From an uncultured virus (IMG/VR IMGVR_UViG_3300037067_015069) (taxonomy: Duplodnaviria; Heunggongvirae; Uroviricota; Caudoviricetes): DNA of 64,000 nucleotides. The notes below the pieces were generated by a model. The model did not search any database. It was not told where the DNA came from and worked only from the letters and a program-made list of their open reading frames with translations. Position numbers and translations under genes: made by a program. The stretch spans positions 1 to 64,000 of IMG/VR virus record IMGVR_UViG_3300037067_015069, one strand, 5' to 3'. Shown piece by piece: positions 1 to 8,800 of this stretch. Numbering within the stretch: the first letter of the stretch is position 1; each line of letters begins with the position of its first letter.

Positions 1-131
1 GACTCCCAAACAACCGCAGCAAAGGACCTATCACCTGTTTTCAATCCCCTAGATACGGTATTCGGAGTAGGGACAACGCAAGTAGGATCCCCTAATGCAG
101 CGTAAAAAATTTCGTGGTCCTTGACAGCCAT
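1..131 (-). CDS. 5' part of a downstream structural-module gene, truncated by the window edge (MAVKDHEIFYAALGDPTCVV...)
   Basis: ATG at 131 abuts the TAA of the 132..713 gene and the frame is open to the window edge; hand-translated. Confidence 0.7.
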   Translation of the reverse strand, partial: MAVKDHEIFYAALGDPTCVVPTPNTVSRGLKTGDRSFAAVVWE

Positions 132-713
132 TTAAAACTCCACTCTCCAGGTAATAGTCAAAATCGTAAATGCAGGTTTTACCGAAGGCGGATCCCACAC
201 TAGGTAATTTGCTAAAATATCTTTACCGGAAACATCAATGGTTGGATCGTAACCCGCGGGGCCATTCATAATGGGATGCCAAACCGCAGGATTTAAATCT
301 GCAGTATATAACAAGCCCATCTCATTCAAAACCCCCACAGCCTCCATAGCCCCAAATATGGTTTCAAAATCTACTATATCTGTAGCTATTGCGGTAGGGG
401 CTCCCCCTGCATCTATGTAAGTAGTAGAAGTGAAAGCTTTACGTTGAAGTTCCGTTTCAAGTCTTCTTTGAGTAGCAGAAGTAGACACCCCCCCAGTCCC
501 AACGGATAACATATTTAAACCATTATTCCTACCAGGAGTGGGAAGTTCGGTGTTTTTAAAAAGCCTGGCCGCCAAGATACCTGCATCAAGAGTTATTAGA
601 TTTGTTTTTTGCCAACATTCAAGAGTTTCCCCTGTCAGAGCATCTTTTAAATCAAAAGTTACTCTTCCAATATGGGGAACTCCCACCGTGCCTTCTGGGA
701 ATTCGTAAGCCAT
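132..713 (-). CDS. Virion structural protein (tail fibre/baseplate-associated), paralogue of 717..1370
   Basis: Shares NLIxLDAGILAARLFK, TQRRLxTELxRKAF, NGPxGYDPTIDVxGKD and the C-terminal I.WR..F with its neighbour; sits at the end of the baseplate/fibre module. Confidence 0.65.
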   Translation of the reverse strand: MAYEFPEGTVGVPHIGRVTFDLKDALTGETLECWQKTNLITLDAGILAARLFKNTELPTPGRNNGLNMLSVGTGGVSTSATQRRLETELQRKAFTSTTYIDAGGAPTAIATDIVDFETIFGAMEAVGVLNEMGLLYTADLNPAVWHPIMNGPAGYDPTIDVSGKDILANYLVWDPPSVKPAFTILTITWRVEF

Positions 714-716
714 GTA

Positions 717-1370
717 TCAAAAAGTAAGCCGCCATACGATTGATAGGATTGCGGTACTTGGTTTCGAAATCACTGGGAACGTCACATAATTTATGATAAC
801 ATCTTTACCTGTTACGTCAATAGTCGGGTCGTACCCAGAAGGACCATTCACAATTGGGTTAGTAACAGCAGGATTAAGGCTAGCTGTATACATTAGTGCC
901 ATCTCATCTAAAGGACCAACTGCTTCCGCAGCGGTAAAGGTAGCCGTAAAATCTACAATATTAGTAGGGTAAGATACTGCCACGCCACCGGAAGTTCTGT
1001 AAGTAGAAGAGGAAAAAGCCTTTCTAGCTAATTCCGTATTTAGCCGTCTCTGTGTTGGTTGTGGTGCATCTGGACTTAAAATGTTTCCTGTGGCCCCGGT
1101 ACCCACCCCCAACATTGTAATCCCATTGTGCCTTCCTGCAGTAGGAGTTTGGCTATCTTTAAATAATCTGGCAGCTAGGATTCCTGCATCTAACATAATT
1201 AAATTATGTTTTTCAAAATGAGCTAAAAACTCTCCAGTTTTCTCATCGTGTAAATCTGCGAAAACAGACCCGGAAAAAGGAAAAACACAATTATCTGCAT
1301 TAGCTAATTGCATTCCTACTTTGATTTGTTCACAAGGAGGGCTCAGCTTATCTCGTAAAGTTGTGTTCAT
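717..1370 (-). CDS. Virion structural protein (tail fibre/baseplate-associated), paralogue of 132..713
   Basis: ORF track gives 717..1457; ATG at 1370 has a GGAGAG RBS and lies just downstream of the putative late promoter; GVGTG...RRLNTELARKAF...PLDEMAL resembles the N-terminus of phage tail-fibre/baseplate attachment domains. Confidence 0.65.
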   Translation of the reverse strand: MNTTLRDKLSPPCEQIKVGMQLANADNCVFPFSGSVFADLHDEKTGEFLAHFEKHNLIMLDAGILAARLFKDSQTPTAGRHNGITMLGVGTGATGNILSPDAPQPTQRRLNTELARKAFSSSTYRTSGGVAVSYPTNIVDFTATFTAAEAVGPLDEMALMYTASLNPAVTNPIVNGPSGYDPTIDVTGKDVIINYVTFPVISKPSTAILSIVWRLTF

Positions 1371-1401
1371 TTGTCTCTCCACCCACAAGGGGGGCTTATC
1401 C

Positions 1402-1432
1402 CTACAGGGAGCTTTCGATAGACTGTTTATCG
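1402..1432 (-). promoter_or_regulatory. Putative late promoter motif copy (CGAT-AAACAGT-CTATC-N11-GTAG)
   Basis: Intergenic match to a motif repeated upstream of five minus-strand gene starts. Confidence 0.55.
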
Positions 1433-1438
1433 TACCAA

Positions 1439-2914
1439 TCAAATCCAGACTTGACAATGAACATCATCATAAGTACTTGAACTTATCTTCGTAAATTCTG
1501 TAACAGTCTCAGTCAAACGAGCAACCCTAAACTTAATAGAAGAAGAGTAACCCTGCCCTATAGCTAAAGAAGTTACCACATCTTCTGCACGCCAATTCAT
1601 CCCTAAATGTTGAAAAAATCCGTGTGTAGCATCTAATTCGGTGCCCCTAACTCCTACTGCCATCCTAAAATCTAAAGCTGGACCGGCAGCCTGCAGTGCC
1701 GTCCTAAGAGTCCCCCAACCTTCTACGGGGGTAGCAGATAAATCATCTAAAGGTACGGCACTACCCACAGAATCCAACCAAATATAGCCAGCCGTGTCCA
1801 AGGGAATAACCATACCTTGACTATCTAGATCTGCTAAAGTTACTGTAACCCAAGCACTACCGTCAAAAGAAATCCAGGTAGATCCGCCATCCAAAGTCAA
1901 CAAACCTTTAGCTGCAGTACCTGTGTGATATCCAAAAATAGCTTCAAAATATACCATTTTAGCAGCATCTGTTGGGGTTAACATGTTGGAAGCAGATTCC
2001 GTAACATAACTTAAAACAGTCGGATGCGCATAATGTGTGGTAGCTCCATCATAATAATAAGAATTCCTAACAGCCCCACCATAGGTTATAGAATTTCGAA
2101 TATAGTTTATAGATCCATTTGGTGCTGCTGCAGATAGGGTAACCGATTCTGAACCTGTTCCCGGGCTGCTGTAAGCTGTAATGGCATATTCAGTTCCTGC
2201 AATATCTATTAAATTAAACTCTCCGGCTCTTAGATCTGCAGCCCCGTCAAAATGTCCTTTTGTTCCTGTCTCTGCCACCCAATTTAAAGCAGAGCTTTTT
2301 AAGTTTTCTACCATATTTAGAGTCGGATATTCGGTAGTCCTGGATTGTATTTCCCCACCAAGTACCGTGAACCGTATAGCACCACTCCCAGCCCCAGTTA
2401 ATGGAATCGAAGGATGTGTGACATAGGCGGGTGGATCAGTGCTAAGAAAAGAAGGTATCACTACCTCAGTTAGAGTCGGACCTCCTCCCGTTCCTGGTCC
2501 AATATCTACCCAAGCAGATCCTGTATCTAATTGCAAAGTACTTGTATCTGTATTATAATATAAATTTACGTAATTACCATCTGTAATTTCGCCAAACGCT
2601 GGACGTGCCGAGGTAGTACCTATAAGAGGTTTTCTTTGTGCTGTTTCTTTCCAATAAGGAGTTCCTGGGGGAATCGATTCAGTGTCTCTAACTAATATGC
2701 CTTTATCTGTATCATAAGCAACTCTCCCATCTTGTGTACCCCCTTGCGCGGCCCCCAGCCCCACAGTATCGTCTTCAGTAATATGAATGCCCGTACTGCT
2801 ACTTGAATTCTGGAGATTTTCTATCTCTGTTTTTGCTGTTAAAAAATTAGCCCTTACGGACGCAGTAGTTGGGTTTCCCTCAACAGGTTTAGTCTGGTCT
2901 ATGTTAGAAGCCAT
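1439..2914 (-). CDS. Putative tail fibre/receptor-binding protein, paralogue A (491 aa)
   Basis: N-terminal MASNIDxTKPxxG..TTxxVRxNF...KxEIExLQ, LYYNTDTSTxQLDTG, DGGSTWISFDGSAW and C-terminal DVHCQVW are shared among three tandem genes; downstream of baseplate genes; GAGGTG RBS. Confidence 0.65.
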   Translation of the reverse strand: MASNIDQTKPVEGNPTTASVRANFLTAKTEIENLQNSSSSTGIHITEDDTVGLGAAQGGTQDGRVAYDTDKGILVRDTESIPPGTPYWKETAQRKPLIGTTSARPAFGEITDGNYVNLYYNTDTSTLQLDTGSAWVDIGPGTGGGPTLTEVVIPSFLSTDPPAYVTHPSIPLTGAGSGAIRFTVLGGEIQSRTTEYPTLNMVENLKSSALNWVAETGTKGHFDGAADLRAGEFNLIDIAGTEYAITAYSSPGTGSESVTLSAAAPNGSINYIRNSITYGGAVRNSYYYDGATTHYAHPTVLSYVTESASNMLTPTDAAKMVYFEAIFGYHTGTAAKGLLTLDGGSTWISFDGSAWVTVTLADLDSQGMVIPLDTAGYIWLDSVGSAVPLDDLSATPVEGWGTLRTALQAAGPALDFRMAVGVRGTELDATHGFFQHLGMNWRAEDVVTSLAIGQGYSSSIKFRVARLTETVTEFTKISSSTYDDVHCQVWI

Positions 2915-2929
2915 GAAGTCACCTCAAAC

Positions 2930-4372
2930 TTAAGCAGTCCACACTTGACAATGCACATCGGATCTGGCGCTACTTGTGTTACAGCTAAACAATGCGGTTG
3001 TGGCAGCAGTTCTAGACACAATAAACTCACTTAAAGTATGTGGGTGAACAGTATCTTTCTCAGCCCAATCTATTGTAAGACTAGTAATTCCTGCAGGAGT
3101 ACTTAGAGTTGGAGTACGTATGCCAATAGCCACACATAAATTTAAACCAGCTCCAGCAGCTTCTATAGCTGTTCTTAAGGTACCCCATCCTTCAGCGGGA
3201 CTGGAAGTACCATCATCTACAGGTAACGAAATTCCTAATGAGTCTTTAGCATAACCTGTAGAAAATTGTAACCCTGCAGCCTCCAAATTGGCTAATGTAA
3301 TGGTAACCCAAGCACTTCCATCAAAAGAAATCCAAGTAGACCCCCCATCTAAAGAGAAAGCAGCTCTATAAACCCCACCACTAACAGAACCAGAAATACC
3401 TTTAAACTTACCTAAATTTTCCCAAGGAGTTGTTGGGCTGATGTCATTATTACGAGCATAAGTCATTGTAGGCGTTGCTGCATATTTAATAATAGCCCCA
3501 CCATCCCAATAGTAAGAAATATACAAATAGTTGTCATAGGGAGTTCCTGTTGAAGCACGGATGTAGGAAATAGCACCAGTGGCTGCGGCAGAATCTAACT
3601 CTACTGAAGAAGGAGCCGTGCCTCCTCCGGTTATAGAAGCTATAGTATAAGCAGTACCAGCCACATTAACAGTTACTCCTACCACAACATTGGGATCTAC
3701 TGCTGCTGAGAAATGACCATACACGCCAGAGTCCTGTACCCAGCCAGCCCCTCCAGTATTTAGATTCTGAATAGATTCTCCAGGAAACACATAAAAAGAT
3801 TCTGTAGAGCTTCCCAGCTTTGTGGCTAACACACTGAATCGAATCTCCCCACTTCCGGCTCCTGTCAACGGAACCGATGGGTGGGTTACTGAGTGTGTGC
3901 TTCCTGACGTCATTGAAGAAACAATATCCTCTGTGAGGGTCCCATCCCCCCCAGAACCTCCTCCAGGACCAATATCTACCCAGACCCCCCCAGTATCTAA
4001 TTGAAAAGTACTAGTGTCTGTATTATAGTACAAATTAGCACTTCCAGAAACCAAACCCGCCACGGGTCTTGATCCAGTTGAACCTTTCCTAATACGGCTT
4101 AACGCTAAATCTCTCCAAATAGGAGATCCTGAATTATCAGCATCTCTTACTACTATGTTTTTTGTTGTATCATAAGCAATTCTACCATCTGCAGATCCCC
4201 CCAAGGCACTTCCTAATGCAGTTGTGGCAGCAGAGGTAACTTTATATCCATCTGGATCTGTAGATACCTGGAGTGCTTCAATCTCATCCTTCATATATTG
4301 AAAATTAGATCTCACGGTAGTGGTAGAAGCAGATCCTTGTACAGGTTTAGTCGGATCTATGTTAGAAGCCAT
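2930..4372 (-). CDS. Putative tail fibre/receptor-binding protein, paralogue B (480 aa)
   Basis: Same architecture as 1439..2914; GAGGAG RBS. Confidence 0.65.
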   Translation of the reverse strand: MASNIDPTKPVQGSASTTTVRSNFQYMKDEIEALQVSTDPDGYKVTSAATTALGSALGGSADGRIAYDTTKNIVVRDADNSGSPIWRDLALSRIRKGSTGSRPVAGLVSGSANLYYNTDTSTFQLDTGGVWVDIGPGGGSGGDGTLTEDIVSSMTSGSTHSVTHPSVPLTGAGSGEIRFSVLATKLGSSTESFYVFPGESIQNLNTGGAGWVQDSGVYGHFSAAVDPNVVVGVTVNVAGTAYTIASITGGGTAPSSVELDSAAATGAISYIRASTGTPYDNYLYISYYWDGGAIIKYAATPTMTYARNNDISPTTPWENLGKFKGISGSVSGGVYRAAFSLDGGSTWISFDGSAWVTITLANLEAAGLQFSTGYAKDSLGISLPVDDGTSSPAEGWGTLRTAIEAAGAGLNLCVAIGIRTPTLSTPAGITSLTIDWAEKDTVHPHTLSEFIVSRTAATTALFSCNTSSARSDVHCQVWTA

Positions 4373-4381
4373 TTTTTCTCC

Positions 4382-5854
4382 TCAGGTCCAAACCTGACAA
4401 TGTACGTCAACTACTGGAAAGCCAAAATATTTGGTAAAAGTAGCATGAGTTTCATCATCTCGTTTTACATTAAACTCAGCATACATCCCAGTACTTGACC
4501 CACAACTAGGCATTACAATAATATCTTTTAGAGTGTAATTTACAGCCATTCCAGATAAGGTTGTTAGGTCTCCTGGTGTCTGTATTCCTATCAAGAAACC
4601 AACTGAAACCCCAGCACCATATGCTTGCATAAGAAGCCTAAGCTCCCCCCAGCCTGTTGCTGTCGGAGTACCATCATCTACAGGAATAACTCCTCCTGTA
4701 TTACCCAAAAAATGACCACTAGGATCACCCGCGGGTAGAGGTCTAAGACCATCAGACATGAAAGTGGCCGGAACTAACTGAACGCCGGCAACATTCATGG
4801 CTACCCAATTTGATCCGTCATAGGTAAGCCATTCTGGATACGTAACTGTACTATCTAAAGTAATTGCAAATCTACCATAGCCACTACCTGAAAATTGATG
4901 AACAACCCCCCCAAGATTGGCAAGCTTTAAAACTCCCCCATAGCCGAAAAAGCTATTACAACGAGCATAAAACAACCTACTCATTACGGGATAGTTTATA
5001 GAATCCGGCGTTGTTGGTAAGACATCATTTCCCCAATAGAAACTTAAATTTTCTACGCTAGTTATAGGTCCTGTAGCTTGAGCTGTTGATAACGTTACAG
5101 AACCCGGAGCTGTCCCAGGAGCTGTATATGATGTTATGTAGCACAAGAAAAAACCAAAACGTACAGCACAATAAGCAGTTACTTCTGTTCCCGGGGACAC
5201 ACTAAAGTGGCCTGTAACTCCGGCATCTTGTACCCAACTAGCCCCATTTACATTAAGATCTTCATAGGCAGTATTTGTAAAATATAAATTGGTATTTGTT
5301 AGACCCCCTACTTCTGTATAAAGAGCCGAAAATTTTATATTCCCATCCCCAAGTGCTACTGAAGGATGCGTTACCTGATGATAATCGCCTGGGAATGCGA
5401 AAGAAGCGATATCTTCAGTTAAAGTAGGTCCCCCACCTGTACCTGGACCGACATCTACCCATGCAGATCCTGTGTCTAGCTGTAAAGTACTGGTGTCAGT
5501 ATTATAATATAGATTTACGTAATTCCCATCTGTAATCCCGCCAAATGCTGGACGTACCGCGGTAGTACCTTTGCTCACCCTTCTCTGTGCAAGCTCTTTC
5601 CAAAAAGGGGTTCCTGCATCAGTATCCCTAACTAAAACTCCTTTATCTTTATCATAAGCAACCCTCCCATCAGACGTGCCCCCAAGAGCAGCCCCTAACC
5701 CCACAGTAGTGTTTTCTACTACCTTAATCCCATTTGGATCAGTAGAGTTTTGTAGTGCTTCTATTTCGGTTTTTGCGGCGAGGAAATTAGCTCTTACTTG
5801 GGCTGTGGTTGCATTTCCTGCTGTTGGATAAAGAGGATTTATACTGGATCCCAT
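4382..5854 (-). CDS. Putative tail fibre/receptor-binding protein, paralogue C (490 aa)
   Basis: Same architecture with the most divergent C-terminal half; GAGGTG RBS. Confidence 0.65.
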   Translation of the reverse strand: MGSSINPLYPTAGNATTAQVRANFLAAKTEIEALQNSTDPNGIKVVENTTVGLGAALGGTSDGRVAYDKDKGVLVRDTDAGTPFWKELAQRRVSKGTTAVRPAFGGITDGNYVNLYYNTDTSTLQLDTGSAWVDVGPGTGGGPTLTEDIASFAFPGDYHQVTHPSVALGDGNIKFSALYTEVGGLTNTNLYFTNTAYEDLNVNGASWVQDAGVTGHFSVSPGTEVTAYCAVRFGFFLCYITSYTAPGTAPGSVTLSTAQATGPITSVENLSFYWGNDVLPTTPDSINYPVMSRLFYARCNSFFGYGGVLKLANLGGVVHQFSGSGYGRFAITLDSTVTYPEWLTYDGSNWVAMNVAGVQLVPATFMSDGLRPLPAGDPSGHFLGNTGGVIPVDDGTPTATGWGELRLLMQAYGAGVSVGFLIGIQTPGDLTTLSGMAVNYTLKDIIVMPSCGSSTGMYAEFNVKRDDETHATFTKYFGFPVVDVHCQVWT

Positions 5855-5865
5855 ATCAAATCACC

Positions 5866-8800
5866 TCAAGTAGCTACCTGCCAATAATCTACTGCGCCAC
5901 CACCCATGTCTCGTAAATCAAAAGTAACTCTACCTACTAATCTACTCACTAACGATTCAGATTGCAGATCTGAGTAATACCACTCAGTCTGAACCATAGG
6001 AGGCTTAATGGGAGTTGGCACAGGAACTCCCGTATCCCAGTCCCAAAAAGTAGCCCCACCATCCCAAGAGGAAATACCGCCATCCCAATAAGTTTGGAAA
6101 GTCACATATTGAACGGGGAGGTCTAATTCTTGCATGTACTCCCAGGTAGTGGCTCCACCATCCCAAATAGATCCACCCCCATCCCAATTAGTCTGAAAAA
6201 CAGCCCATTGTGTTGCAGGGCGTCCACTAGGATATAATACTGCGGTTCCAGGTCCAACCGTCCCGCCTAAAGGTTTTATATTTATTATTGTGCCTGTATC
6301 ATCTACTACAGGCCCTAAATAGGATCCTCCGCTAGCAAACAGAATTGCTCCAGGAATCCCAGCTTTTTGGTCTTGCACCGAGGGTACTGGCATTGGTGCT
6401 GGCATTGGTTGCCATACCATTGTGCCGCTTAAATCTATTTGCCAAGGTTCCCCATCATATGGAGTTGACAGTAATCCTGACCAACCATCATTCGTCACTT
6501 CAAAGAATTGCATAGAGGCATACAAAGATTCCGGATCTGCTGTAAATACTGCTAAATTACCTGCGGGAGCCCCTAAACTAAAGCCACCCCAGATTTCCCA
6601 GACTACACCAGTCTCATTTATAGGTGGGGCCGGAACTATAGAAACTATATGACCTGCCACTCCCGTAACCGTATAGGTTCCCGTACCGGTACCCGATAAA
6701 ACTCTTACTTCGTATCCAGGTAGGACCTCTCCCATATCCACAGAATCTGCTAAGGTAGACAAACCAGAATTTAGTACTCCTGAAGTACCTACGGCAACTT
6801 GATAGGTCTTATCATCTCCTGGGCCTGTTGGAGCAGAACCAACAGAAAAAATAGGATCTCCTAATTGATTTTTTTGAAATACTGGTGTGTTTTCATTGAG
6901 AAGGATAGCACTATCTAATAATGGTTGGGTAAGTAAATAAGTGGTTGTCACAGGAGAGCCTGCTATAAACATAATAGTTACCGCGGCATGACCCCCACTA
7001 AAATATAGGTCATTACCTGCAGAATCCTGACTCAAAGTTATTGTTTGAGAATATACATCAAATGTGAAAGATTCCCTAGTATAAATAGTTGAGCCATCAA
7101 TTATTTTATAAATACTAGAGGCATAAATATTTGTGGGTTTCAGAGAAACTCTTCTGGTATCAAGGGTTTGAATATAAACAGTCTCAAGATCACTGTCTAA
7201 TTTTCTATCCCCACTGGAAACTGTGTTTGCCCAGTTTAATACCATATTTTGTGGAGCAATGTAATCATCCGTATCAGGTTTAAATAACCTACAACGAACC
7301 CAACTCCAATGTTGTTGGGTAAAGGACCGTTTATCTGAGGCTCCGAAAGTAACATAACCAAACTTAACTGGCCTATAGGGTAAACGAGAATATTCTACAT
7401 TAACCCATCCTTCTTTTGTGTCTGCAATTTCGGTTACAAATTCTGCAGGAACTGTGTGTGTTGGGGGGTTTGGCATATCCGGTCGATATAACGTAACACC
7501 CCATTTTGGATCTCTAAGGAGTCTAATCTCAGAATCATTCCGCCAATCCATCTCTTCTACAAGGGCTAAACCGGAAGAGTTTAATGCAGTTGTGCCGTCA
7601 ACTCTAGGAATTGACCAATGATCAATATCTGTAGTATCTGACCCACTAAAAATACCCAAAGTCCTATGAACACCAGCAATAGAATCAGGCAAACCAGAAA
7701 AGCCAACGGACCTCCAACGCACAACACTTGTTGTACTTGATGGAATTGTGTAGGAACCAAAAGTACAAGTATAGGTCCCGCTTCCCCCAGGAAAATTAAA
7801 CAAGTTTTCTGTTGGGACTTGAATGGTGTCGTCAAGAAATAAAGATACCACCCCACTGGAAATCACTAATCTATAATCGTGAAATTCCTCATCATCCCAG
7901 TCAAAACTATATTGCTGTACGACAACCCCAGCTAAAGTTATTAGCTGCACTGTGGGGGAAACTCCTCCCCTTAACCGAACTCCGACATTAAAAGCGGCCC
8001 CCACATCAGCATTAAATCCGATTCCAGTAGTATTTAAAATATCTCCAATATAAGAATCTACTGCAAAATAAGCATCCGCAACTAAGGATGCGGTTTCCAC
8101 ATAAGGGGATCCCATCCCAGACAAAATTTTTCGATAACTTAAAGAATGTCCAGAAGTTTGGGTAACCACCAAGTCTGATTCATGACAAGTAGCGGTACCA
8201 GTACTTCCAGAAACTAGAGTCCAACCTTGATTAGATGCTGTCCAAATACCACTCAAAGTTATCTTTGGCAAGTCTATTAATTTTCTATACGGGTCCTGAC
8301 CAGCATCTTCGTAAAACAGCAAAGAACCCATACGAACTTCTCGGGTTCCATCATTCAATAGAACTTGGGCATCCCCACAACCCAAAACTCCAGAAGCTAC
8401 GTAAAAAGAAGCTCTGAAATCAATGTTGGAATCTCTAACAAATAGGGGCTCTGTTCTGGTGTAAGCAAAGGAAAAATCTAAATCTGTGTGTGCAGAAGTA
8501 GACTTTAGTAACAGCCCTGCTCGTTCTAGTTTCGAATACCCAAAATTCTGAGTCGTAGTCCATTCGTAAAACCCATCATTTTCTGGCAACACAGACATTT
8601 CTGCGTTTAGGGCTTTTACATGTTGTCGAACATACGCGTCATCAGGAACTACCCCGTACCGGAGAAAGCTCCACTTAGTTCTACTACATGCCTCATAGCT
8701 TAAAGATCCCCAAAACACCTTGGGACCTGAGGGTTGAGTAAACAAAGCCAATGAGGATTGAGAGGGCTGAGGAATAGAAGTCCCCCGTACCGAAACGATG

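Noticed and set aside
1439..5854. Diversity-generating retroelement or invertase shufflon acting on the fibre paralogues
   Set aside because: No reverse transcriptase or recombinase in the window, all copies are co-oriented full genes with their own RBS, and no adenine-restricted TR/VR pair was seen
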